Below are positions 1 through 8,437 of a stretch of DNA of 56,039 nucleotides, in pieces; position 1 is the first letter of the stretch, and each line of letters opens with the position of its first letter. A program made the translations under genes and the position numbers. Source of the DNA: Chthonomonadaceae bacterium. GTDB lineage: Bacteria > Armatimonadota > Chthonomonadetes > Chthonomonadales > Chthonomonadaceae. Under the pieces are notes generated by a model. It was not told where the DNA came from. It did not search any database and saw only the letters and a list, made by a program, of their open reading frames with translations. Where the stretch lies: the NCBI GenBank assembly GCA_035650735.1, contig DASRGZ010000193.1:1-56039 (forward strand). The letters run 5' to 3'.

Positions 1-100
1 CGCCTCCGCCGCCACCGCCTCCGCCCCCGCACCCTATCAGGCTAATCAGAAGCGCCAGGCCCATCAACAGCCAGGCCCGATAGCGAAACCATTGCTGCAT
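1..100 (-). CDS. N-terminal fragment of a lipoprotein (runs off window): MQQWFRYRAWLLMGLALLISLIGCGGGGG...
   Basis: Manual translation; ATG at 100 preceded by GGGAG; lipobox LIG-C followed by a Gly linker. Confidence 0.75.
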   Translation of the reverse strand, partial: MQQWFRYRAWLLMGLALLISLIGCGGGGGGGGG

Positions 101-127
101 CGAATTCTCCCAAAGAACCGAATGGAG

Positions 128-155
128 CCGCCCGCTGCGCTGGCACAGCGGGCGG
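128..155. terminator. Intergenic GC-rich stem-loop (CCGCCCGCTG/CAGCGGGCGG)
   Basis: 10-bp perfect stem just after the stop of the 167..3379 gene; no long U tract. Confidence 0.45.
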
Positions 156-166
156 TTTGAATGTTC

Positions 167-3100
167 TTAGCGTGTTATCAAGAGCGGCATAACGGAGCGG
201 GTTTGCTCCCCCTCCGGCGTGCGCGCCGTGATCTCCAGCGCGTAGGGGCCGGCAGGCAGAATGCGCCCCTGGTCGTCCCGCATATCCCAGACCGCCTGGT
301 TGACCCCGGACGCCGCGGCGCGTCCCGGCGCGAGATGGCGCACGATACGGCCTGCCTGGCGAATCTCCAGTCGGGTTTCAGCAGGGGCCGAAAGCTCATA
401 GGAGATGGTCAGGGTGGTCGCCGCGCGCCCGCCGACCAGCGGCGCGATGGCGGTGACGTTGCGGATGAACAGGCGTCCGGGCGCGTGCGGCTCCGCGATG
501 ATCTGGAAGCGGCGCGTGGTCGTGTTCGGGCCGACGCGGAACGCCATGCCGGAGGTGCTGTTCATCAACTGGCGTGTGCCCGTCTCCGTATCCACCACGG
601 TCAGGCGCATACCGCGCGGTAGCGCCGCCGTGTCGCTCCAGGCGAGCGTGTAGTTCTGTTCGGGCCTGGGCACGGTGACGACGACGTTCCATTCGGCGCG
701 GGCGGCGCTGCGACGGAAATCGCTCAGGAAGTCTCCGCCAACGCCCAGGCCTGTGTCCCAATCCGCATGGGGGAAGCGGACGCCGAGCGTGGAGGCGCGG
801 GTGAACGGCGGCGGGCTGGCGACATCCAGCGACGGCACGAAACCATTGGAGCCGTGCGGCGACTGACCAAACACCGCCATAGACATATTCCCGTCCGCGT
901 CGCGCACAAAGAGGGGCACGCGCCAGCTTCCCGGCTCATGGGCGGGAGTGGGGAGAACGGCGCGCGACCGGCTGGTGCCGGCGTTACGGCGGGCGGAGCG
1001 GTTGTTCGGGTTGATGTAGGTCAGCGTCACGCCCTCGGGAACGAGCACGCGCACCCAGTAGCCCTTCCAGCTCTGAAGCACGCCGCGCGGGAAGCGCGCA
1101 TCGCTGGAGTTGGTGATGTCAACATAGCCGGTATCGGACGCATAGCCCATAATGCCCGCCGCGATCCAGCCGTTATTGACCGCCTCCGCAAAGGAGACCG
1201 CTTCGTTGTCGAGATACTGCACCTGCAGGTCGGTATCCACGCTGAGCGCGGCGTCGTAGGGCGGGCCGATCTGGTTCCAGCCGTACTGCAAGGCAACGCT
1301 GATATCTTTTTGATTGTCGGTGCGCTCGCCCTGAATGTTGGTGGCATTAAGCTGGGAAGCGAAGTTGCTCCACAGGCCGTAACCGGGCTCATAGAGCGGC
1401 AGGGAGGGATAACGCATGTATTTGTCGTTGCCGGATAGCTCCTGCCGCCACTGAGCCAGCAGCGTCAGCCCCGGATCGCTGCCGAGGACGTGGGCCAGAT
1501 TGTTGGTAAAGGGACGCAGAGGCAGCGAGATCATCTGCGGGCCGGCATCGAAGCGATGGGAGAGCGTGGTGGATTGGCCGGGAGCGTACAGGACAAAGAT
1601 GGGGGCCACGCCCAGCGTGTTACTGAAGGCGGTGTTGCGCTGGTAGGTGAGGGGCTGCCCGCCTGTCGGCGTAAACGTCAAGGCAGTGCGGCTGAAGAAC
1701 TGCGGCACGCTGCCCTGCGGGCCTATCGCCCCAAACGCGCCCTGCACCACCTGCGTCGCGATGGGGCCGCTGCCTCCCTGGTAAGTCACGGTGAGCGATC
1801 CGGCGTCGGCGCCGACGACCACGCCCGAAAAGTCGTTGGGCTGGTCCTCCGTGCCCGTCTGTCCGGCCGGGAAATAGACGCGCACGTACTCTTGGTTGAC
1901 CGGTACGTCTATGGCGACGCGCATCCTATCCGCCGGGTCGCCGCCGATGTTGGTGAAGAAGGGAGCGACGCTGCCGAAGCCGTTGGTGATCGTGGCCGTC
2001 TCAAACGAGGGCAGGAACAGGCGATTGCTGAAGCTATAGTCCCAATAGACCAGGTTTGCCGTGCCGTTGCGATCCAGCTCGTCGCCGTCGGGGGTCGTCT
2101 GGTAGTAGACCAGGAAGATCGCGGCGCCGCTGTCCTCGCCCTGCGCGCCGGAGGGAAACGTGGGTTGGACGTAGGCGTAGAGCTTGCGCCCGGGCGTGAC
2201 GCTGGTATCCAGAACGTACTGCCGCTCAAGCCAATCGTCGAAGGGCAGCCCCTCCACGGTCGGCGCGGCGGCGGCAGCAAACTGGCGCAGGCGATTGGTA
2301 TCGTTGGCGACGCTGGGGTCGGCGGCGAAGGCGGCGTAGTAAGCAGCGTTAAACGCCTGGAAGAAGTTTGGATTCTCGATATAGCACTTAAGCCAGGCCG
2401 TCGAGGACATTTGCAGGCGCGGCACGAGCATTCCGGCCAGCGTCGTCAGGTTCTGGTTGAGGTCCTGGTTGCTCTTGGTGGGCGGCGTGAAGGTGTTGTT
2501 GCCGAGCGGCGGCTGGTTGAGCAGGTCATAGAAGGGCGTATAGTAGAAGCCGAGGCTGTTGGCGGCAGCGGAGACGGACTGCCCGTTCTCGGTGAAGACG
2601 GAGAACAGGTCGCGGGCGGCCACCAGCGCGGCGGCACGGGCCATGCCCTTCTCCCAGGCGTCGTAGCCCATAATCGCCGGGCCGTGGAACGCCTGCGCCA
2701 TCACCTGCGCCATCGCCAGAAACTTGGTCTGAAAGGCGCTGAAGGTAGGAAACCAGATCTGGACGTCGCTGCCGTTAACGACGAGCAGCGCCCCGATCAC
2801 CGAGTCCACTTTGCCCAGGCGCGGGTCCTTGTTGAGGATGGTGACTTCGCCGTTCCAGGCGGGCGGGCCGAGGATGTTGAGCAGCTCGGTATAGAGCGGG
2901 TCCACCAGTTGGGTCTTGAGGGCGACCGCATCCTGCGCGCTCCACGCGCCGTCGCCCTGGGTCGGGATACGGAACGTGAGGGAATTGGCGGCGCGCGTCT
3001 GTCCGCCGCCTCGCGGCAGGGCCAGCCGCCCATTCTGCCGCAGGATCACGGTATCGTTGATGTCTATGGGCTGTCCGGGCCGGAGCGCGCGCTGCCGGCG

Positions 3101-3379
3101 CAGGAAGTCAAGCTCGCGGCGCAGGCTCGAGTCGCGGGCCTGGATGTAGGCGCTAACCTGCCGCTGCACGGCCTGGCGGACGGCGGCATCATCGGCGAGG
3201 TTGTTGACATCCACGATGAGCGCCGACTGCGGCCCGTTACCGACCGCGCGAAATCGCATATTGACGATATTGCGATAGGTCTGCTGCGCGCCCGCGCGGG
3301 GCAAGCCCGGCCCGCAGAGCAGCGCTATCATCAGAACTGCGGCCATCCTAGCCGCAGGGAGCAGAAATCGGAGTTTCAA
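167..3379 (-). CDS. Large exported protein with C-terminal FlgD Ig-like domain
   Basis: TTG at 3379 follows a GGAGG SD; signal peptide (MAAVLMIALLCG...RAGA); C-terminus ISYELSAPA...GRIVRHL...VWDMRDDQGRILPAGPY is FlgD_ig-like. Confidence 0.8.
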   Translation of the reverse strand: MKLRFLLPAARMAAVLMIALLCGPGLPRAGAQQTYRNIVNMRFRAVGNGPQSALIVDVNNLADDAAVRQAVQRQVSAYIQARDSSLRRELDFLRRQRALRPGQPIDINDTVILRQNGRLALPRGGGQTRAANSLTFRIPTQGDGAWSAQDAVALKTQLVDPLYTELLNILGPPAWNGEVTILNKDPRLGKVDSVIGALLVVNGSDVQIWFPTFSAFQTKFLAMAQVMAQAFHGPAIMGYDAWEKGMARAAALVAARDLFSVFTENGQSVSAAANSLGFYYTPFYDLLNQPPLGNNTFTPPTKSNQDLNQNLTTLAGMLVPRLQMSSTAWLKCYIENPNFFQAFNAAYYAAFAADPSVANDTNRLRQFAAAAAPTVEGLPFDDWLERQYVLDTSVTPGRKLYAYVQPTFPSGAQGEDSGAAIFLVYYQTTPDGDELDRNGTANLVYWDYSFSNRLFLPSFETATITNGFGSVAPFFTNIGGDPADRMRVAIDVPVNQEYVRVYFPAGQTGTEDQPNDFSGVVVGADAGSLTVTYQGGSGPIATQVVQGAFGAIGPQGSVPQFFSRTALTFTPTGGQPLTYQRNTAFSNTLGVAPIFVLYAPGQSTTLSHRFDAGPQMISLPLRPFTNNLAHVLGSDPGLTLLAQWRQELSGNDKYMRYPSLPLYEPGYGLWSNFASQLNATNIQGERTDNQKDISVALQYGWNQIGPPYDAALSVDTDLQVQYLDNEAVSFAEAVNNGWIAAGIMGYASDTGYVDITNSSDARFPRGVLQSWKGYWVRVLVPEGVTLTYINPNNRSARRNAGTSRSRAVLPTPAHEPGSWRVPLFVRDADGNMSMAVFGQSPHGSNGFVPSLDVASPPPFTRASTLGVRFPHADWDTGLGVGGDFLSDFRRSAARAEWNVVVTVPRPEQNYTLAWSDTAALPRGMRLTVVDTETGTRQLMNSTSGMAFRVGPNTTTRRFQIIAEPHAPGRLFIRNVTAIAPLVGGRAATTLTISYELSAPAETRLEIRQAGRIVRHLAPGRAAASGVNQAVWDMRDDQGRILPAGPYALEITARTPEGEQTRSVMPLLITR

Positions 3380-3477
3380 GCGAAATTCCTCCAGGTTACT
3401 GGGCAAGTACTCCTGGCAGCCCGGCCCGTAAACGAGTAGGTTGCGGGATTGGATCGTTTCAGGAGATGGCCCTTGCC

Positions 3478-3671
3478 GCAGCCCACCCCTAAAGGGATGG
3501 GCTGCGGATAGCAAGCCCGCTCAAGCGGGCTGCCAGAGGTGGGTTAGCCTCTGCGGCAGACTCTCCAGGCGGATCGTTTGGGGGCCTTTACCCTTTAGAG
3601 GAACCGATCCACCTTACGCAGCCCCGTTCACGGGGCTTGCCGCCCACAGCCCGGTCCTTCAGGGCCGGGCG
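3478..3671. repeat. Inverted pair of double-hairpin REP-like units (family A)
   Basis: 3478-3533 and 3618-3671 are reverse-complement related; homologous pair at 12707-12858. Confidence 0.75.
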
Positions 3672-3707
3672 ATCCTCAAGCAGAGGGACCGAGGGCCAGG
3701 TATCTTC

Positions 3708-5258
3708 CTACTGGGCGACAAACGACCGGATAGGACTGATGGACACGGCAGAGTTCGCCTGGTCGAAGGCGAGCACCGTCCAGAAGTAGCGGGTGCCGGG
3801 CTGCAAGGCCGGTCCCTGATAGAGCTGCGACGTCGCCGGCGCATCCACAAGGCTGGTGCCCGGATTGTTGGCGTCCGCAGGCCAGATAGGCAGGACGGCG
3901 TTCGGATCGTTGCCCGGCTGGCTAATGTCGGCGGCCAGCGTCGGGAACCGATCATAGACGAGAATCTGGTATCTCTGGGCGCGCGGCACGGCGCTCCAGG
4001 CGAACGTCGGCGGACCGGCGCTCGTCGCACCTTCATTTGGACTGGTCAGCGCAAGAGGGCCGAGCGGCCTGGCGGCGACCGGCGGCTCGGCGGGCGGGCC
4101 TTCCGCGCCGTTGTTGGGGAAGTTGATCGTGTCCAGCCGCGCGACGCTGTAGAAGTAGGTCACGTCCGGAGTCAGCACCGCATCCAGATCGGCGAAGCGG
4201 AAGGCGAGCGGGTCGCGCAGCAGGGCGATTGGGACGAACTGGGTGTCGGTGTTGATGGAGCGCAGAACGGTGTAGCCGAACAGGTTATTGAGTTCGGTGT
4301 ATTGCCAGAACAGGTCGTTCTCAATGATGCTGCCAGTGGGCGTAGCGCGCGTTTTGACCTGATGGAGCAGGGTGATCTTGCGCGGATCGGCGGCCCGGCG
4401 CCCCAGCAGCCCGCGCCGCTTCAGGATGAACCATCGGATGGCGTTCAAGGCCAGATCGTTTTGGTTGTGGCTGGCAGCCCGCGTGGGCGTGTCCGGCAGC
4501 GTCAGCGAGAGCACGGCCAGGTCTGTGACGGCAGGCACCGTCGAGTTGCCGTTCGAGGTATTGAGGGTGAACGAGGCCGTGGTGGGGGTGGCCGAGGCCG
4601 CTACAGCGACGTTAGTCACCGTCTGGTTGAGGAAGCCGGCCAGGGAAGCGGTCAGGGTATACTGCCCGGCAGGCAGATGTGACAGGGTATAGCTGCCATT
4701 GTTGCCGGCAATCGTATAGACGGAACTGACCGCCGTAGCGGCAAAGACTTTGGCGCCCGCCAGCCCGCGGCCCTGGGCGTCGCGCACGGTGCCGGTGATC
4801 GCCCCTTGCTGATTGTCGGGCGAGAGGACGAGGTTGATGTTGGACGTGTTGCTTTCGCCGGAGATAACCTCCACGGTGTTCTGTCCGCTCCATCTCTGGC
4901 CGTTGACGGTCGCAGTGGCGGAGATGGTGCCGATCCCGGCGGGCACGTTGGGGATGACGTAGGTGCCGGCCTGCGTGGAGGTAGCCGTTTGCCCGTTGAG
5001 GTTCACGGCAGCGCCGACGATAGCCAGGCCGGTCGGATCGGTGACGGCGCCGGAGACGACGCTGCGTGTCGCGGGCGGCGGAGGATTGTTCGATCCGCCG
5101 GAAGAGCCGCTGCCTCCGCCGCACCCGTTCAGGCCGATGGCACCGGCCAGCAAGACGAGCAGGGCGACTGCCAGCAGCCAGCGGCCCCGGCGCGGGCGTT
5201 GTGATGGGTCGGTGAGGTTCTGCGCAACCGGGCGCAGAAGCAAGTTGCGTGTGTTAAT
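3708..5258 (-). CDS. Lipoprotein with carboxypeptidase-regulatory-like (Cna-B type) repeats and C-terminal Ig/FN3-like domains
   Basis: Lipobox LNG-C followed by GGGSG; two 'GxVxD..G..I/LxGAxV' repeats; start uncertain (strong SD precedes ATT at 5258; ORF open to 5348). Confidence 0.75.
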   Translation of the reverse strand: MNTRNLLLRPVAQNLTDPSQRPRRGRWLLAVALLVLLAGAIGLNGCGGGSGSSGGSNNPPPPATRSVVSGAVTDPTGLAIVGAAVNLNGQTATSTQAGTYVIPNVPAGIGTISATATVNGQRWSGQNTVEVISGESNTSNINLVLSPDNQQGAITGTVRDAQGRGLAGAKVFAATAVSSVYTIAGNNGSYTLSHLPAGQYTLTASLAGFLNQTVTNVAVAASATPTTASFTLNTSNGNSTVPAVTDLAVLSLTLPDTPTRAASHNQNDLALNAIRWFILKRRGLLGRRAADPRKITLLHQVKTRATPTGSIIENDLFWQYTELNNLFGYTVLRSINTDTQFVPIALLRDPLAFRFADLDAVLTPDVTYFYSVARLDTINFPNNGAEGPPAEPPVAARPLGPLALTSPNEGATSAGPPTFAWSAVPRAQRYQILVYDRFPTLAADISQPGNDPNAVLPIWPADANNPGTSLVDAPATSQLYQGPALQPGTRYFWTVLAFDQANSAVSISPIRSFVAQ

Positions 5259-5453
5259 GGGAATCCCTCCTCCCTGGATAGTGCGGGGGCGCAAACAGGC
5301 ATCGGTTGTGATGCAAGGAACGTCTTCCCGAGGGGGGCGTGACGTCAAACCGGGGGAAAATTGCCGACGCGCACGGCTCGGATAAATCTTCTTTCTACGC
5401 GCGTCGCCCGGATTCCTGCTTGATTTAGGAGGGACCCTGTGAGAGAAGAGCCA

Positions 5454-6518
5454 TCAGGAGGATGAGCCGAGCAGGGAGCGCAGATGACGGCGCGTGACCG
5501 GGTCCAGTTCTGTAAACTGCACGGCAATACGGTAGCGGGGCAGGGTCGTTGCCGGCGTTGTGGGGCTGGCCGAAACCGGTTGGATGCGCACAATGCGCCC
5601 CTGTCCCTCCATAGCGCGCGCTTCGCCGTGCCCGATGTCGAAGTGGACCTCCGTGCCCACGGGCAAAGCCAGGTCGCTGACGATAGCGAACCCGCCCAGG
5701 CTCAGATCGTCAGTTATGCCGGTAGCGATGGCAGGTTGAGGCGGCTGTTCGGGGGAGACCGGCTCGGAAACCGGCGTTTCCGTTTGCGGCGGGCCTGTCA
5801 ACACGGCGGCGATCTCGATGGGAACGCGCGGATGCTTGCGCCGCTGCTCACGCCGTATCAGGCGGGGCAGGCGCAGCTCCCAGCGGAAAACCGGGTGCGG
5901 CAGCGAGCGCAGCAGGCGCGAGTCGAAGCTGTAGAGAGCATCCTCGCCCTTGACCTGCACGCGCACGCGCAGGCCCGTCGTGAAGTCCGGTGGCGTCTCG
6001 ACCCGAGGGGCGCCGACGACCTCGAAGGTATCCAGAGAGCGATCCAGCACCCGGGTCATGCAGCGGCCGCCGGGGCTGATGAGGGTCAGCAGCTGGCCGG
6101 TGCGCGATAGGTTAATGGGCGCGGGATTGGGTGTCGTCACCGGATCCGCGAGGGCGCGATACAACTGGTCTACCAGGGTATCCAGTCCGAAGGGTTTGAC
6201 CAGCACGCCCGCATAGTCCAGGCGTTTGAAATCGGGGTCTGGCTGCGGGCGGTCGTCGGTAGTCATCAGGAAGAGAGCGGCCCTGGGGCATAAGGCGCGC
6301 ACGCGGGGCAGCATCTCACTTGTCCCGTGCAGGCGCAGAATTTCCCAGAGCACCACATCAAACGGCTGCTCGTAGGCAGCCTGCAGCGCCGCCTGAGCGG
6401 TTGTAGCGGTGACGACCTGAAACCGATTGTCTTTGGAGAGTTTAGCTTCCAGGACGCGACAGATGTAGTATTCCGCATCGGCGACCAGTACGGACGGTGC
6501 CGGCGAACGTGCGACCAT
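5454..6518 (-). CDS. Receiver-domain + PilZN/PilZ c-di-GMP receptor (YcgR-like)
   Basis: N-terminal REC fold (VLVAD...KPF); PilZ motifs QRRKHPR (RxxxR) and DLSLGG (DxSxxG); ATG at 6518 after GAGGAAGG. Confidence 0.85.
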   Translation of the reverse strand: MVARSPAPSVLVADAEYYICRVLEAKLSKDNRFQVVTATTAQAALQAAYEQPFDVVLWEILRLHGTSEMLPRVRALCPRAALFLMTTDDRPQPDPDFKRLDYAGVLVKPFGLDTLVDQLYRALADPVTTPNPAPINLSRTGQLLTLISPGGRCMTRVLDRSLDTFEVVGAPRVETPPDFTTGLRVRVQVKGEDALYSFDSRLLRSLPHPVFRWELRLPRLIRREQRRKHPRVPIEIAAVLTGPPQTETPVSEPVSPEQPPQPAIATGITDDLSLGGFAIVSDLALPVGTEVHFDIGHGEARAMEGQGRIVRIQPVSASPTTPATTLPRYRIAVQFTELDPVTRRHLRSLLGSSS

Positions 6519-6713
6519 GACTTTGACCTTCCTCACATGACAGCGTAACAAAGAGCAAAGGCTTCAAGTGCCGCACGGTTCGCGCCATCTGCCGCCTCTT
6601 ACCTCATTTCCGGCAGCACAGCGTACCCGCCGAGCGACAAAGGGACATCCGGACCACCAACATCGCGGGTGCGCATCCTTACAGCGAAAAATTACCAATT
6701 CAGCCCACTTTGT

Positions 6714-6730
6714 TGCAACTTTTATGCCAA
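6714..6730 (-). promoter_or_regulatory. sigma-54 (-24/-12) promoter TTGGCATAAAAGTTGCA
   Basis: GG-N10-GC spacing with TGGCA and TTGCA boxes, ~200 nt upstream of the REC-PilZ gene. Confidence 0.8.
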
Positions 6731-6811
6731 TCCTGTCCCTATTTACAGGTTGTTCCTGTGATTTTCAAAAAAAGCGGTAGGCGTTCCCTCCCTTTCTATG
6801 GGCCTATCCAT

Positions 6812-8083
6812 TTACCCACCCTGTCCGTCGGCTGGCGCCTTCTCCGGCCCTGCCGCCGACTCCGTCTGCTCCGGGGGCGGTACCGTCAGCGCGGACTGGA
6901 CCGTTAATGGCAGCAGGTCGGGGGTGAGAGTGTCGGCATCGCGCTCGCAGAGCACCACGCTGCGCTCGATGGCATTGATCAGCTCGCGCACGTTGCCCGG
7001 CCAGGTATAGGCTTTCAGCAGCGTCCAGGTCTCTGGATGAACATGCTTGATCTTACGTCCGTTTTGCTTGTTGAATCTCTCCAGGTAGTGCTCTACCAGC
7101 AGGGGAATATCTTCCGGGCGCTCGCGTAGCGGCGGCAGGAAGATAGAGACGATGTTGAGTCGATAGTAGAGGTCAGCGCGAAATTTCTCCTCGCGGACGG
7201 CCTGCTCCAGGTTTTTATTGGTGGCGGCGATAAGGCGAACGTCCACTTTGATGGTCTTGGTGCCGCCGATGCGCTCGAACTCCCACTCCTGGAGCACGCG
7301 CAGCAGCTTGATCTGGATGGCGGGGGGAATATCGCCGATTTCGTCCAGGAAGAGCGTCCCCTGGTTGGCCATCTCAAACCGGCCCGGCTTGGCGGCGGTG
7401 GCGCCGGTGAAGGCGTTCTTCTCATAGCCGAAGAGCTCGCTCTCCAACAGGGTTTCGGGCAGCGCCGCGCAGGAGACGGCGATGAACGGCTTGCTGGCGC
7501 GCGGACTGTTATAGTGGAGGGCGCGCGCTACCAGCTCCTTGCCGGTGCCGCTCTCGCCCCGGATCAGCACGGTGGCGCGGCTGTCGGCGACCCGCTCGAC
7601 GATCTTGTAGACCTCCTGCATTTTACCGCTGGTGCCCACCATGTTCTCCAGCTTGAAATTGGTCTTAAGCTGCTGCTTGAGTTCCTGGTTTTCGGCCAGC
7701 AGCGTGCGATGCTCCAGCGCCTTTTTGAGCACCAGGCGCACCTCGTCCATATCGAAGGGCTTCTGCAAGTAGGTGAACGCGCCGTAGCGCATCGCCTCCA
7801 CCGCCGATTTGATCGTGCCGTAGGCCGTGATGATGATGGCCGAGCATTGGGGATGGAGTTGCTTGATCTTCTGAAGCACCTCCACGCCCGTCATGTCCGG
7901 CATGATCAGGTCGGAGATGAGCACGTCTATCTGGTTGGCAGAGGCCAGATCGAGGGCGCGCTTGCCGTTTTCTGCGGTCAAAACCGTGTAGCCCTCTTTA
8001 GAAAACATCGCTTCCAGGACGCGCCGGATATTAGGCTCGTCGTCGGCGACTAGAATGGTATTGGCTTGTGTGGTCTGGCCCAT
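6812..8083 (-). CDS. NtrC/AtoC-family sigma-54-dependent response regulator
   Basis: REC domain; Walker [15 protein letters not shown]...[21 protein letters not shown]; no clear C-terminal Fis-type HTH. Confidence 0.95.
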   Translation of the reverse strand: MGQTTQANTILVADDEPNIRRVLEAMFSKEGYTVLTAENGKRALDLASANQIDVLISDLIMPDMTGVEVLQKIKQLHPQCSAIIITAYGTIKSAVEAMRYGAFTYLQKPFDMDEVRLVLKKALEHRTLLAENQELKQQLKTNFKLENMVGTSGKMQEVYKIVERVADSRATVLIRGESGTGKELVARALHYNSPRASKPFIAVSCAALPETLLESELFGYEKNAFTGATAAKPGRFEMANQGTLFLDEIGDIPPAIQIKLLRVLQEWEFERIGGTKTIKVDVRLIAATNKNLEQAVREEKFRADLYYRLNIVSIFLPPLRERPEDIPLLVEHYLERFNKQNGRKIKHVHPETWTLLKAYTWPGNVRELINAIERSVVLCERDADTLTPDLLPLTVQSALTVPPPEQTESAAGPEKAPADGQGG

Positions 8084-8162
8084 AACCTTTCGAACACTCC
8101 TTCTCTACTTGCCCCACGCTAGGTTCCTTCCGTATTCCTCTATCTACCCTCGTCCCAGCAGA

Positions 8163-8417
8163 CCTCACCCCCGGCCCCTCTCCTTCACAAGGAGAGGGGA
8201 GAGGCCCCCACCCCCAACCCACTGCCAGGGTCGGCCCTGCAATGGTTCGGGCCTCCGCCTGGCGACCCCCAATTCTAGGGGAGGGGAGAGCAGCAGCCAG
8301 GTTCTCCCCTCCTCCCCGGCCCTTCTCCCTGCTAGGGAGAAGAGAGAGCAGAAGCCGGGTCCCCCCTTCCCTGTGAGCAAAGCGAGCGCAGTAGGGAAGG
8401 GGGACGGGGGGTTAGGT
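8163..8417. repeat. Cluster of CCTCACCCCC..CCCCTCTCC-loop-GGAGAGGGG palindromic repeats (family B) containing one 47-nt element at 8222-8268
   Basis: Similar to 42473-42513, 46200-46531 and 47690-47860. Confidence 0.7.
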
Positions 8418-8437
8418 TAACAAAGGCTGGGGAATAA

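Noticed and set aside
1490..4682. Long plus-strand ORFs (649 aa, 413 aa)
   Set aside because: Antisense to well-supported minus-strand genes; typical of high-GC codon bias; no motifs.
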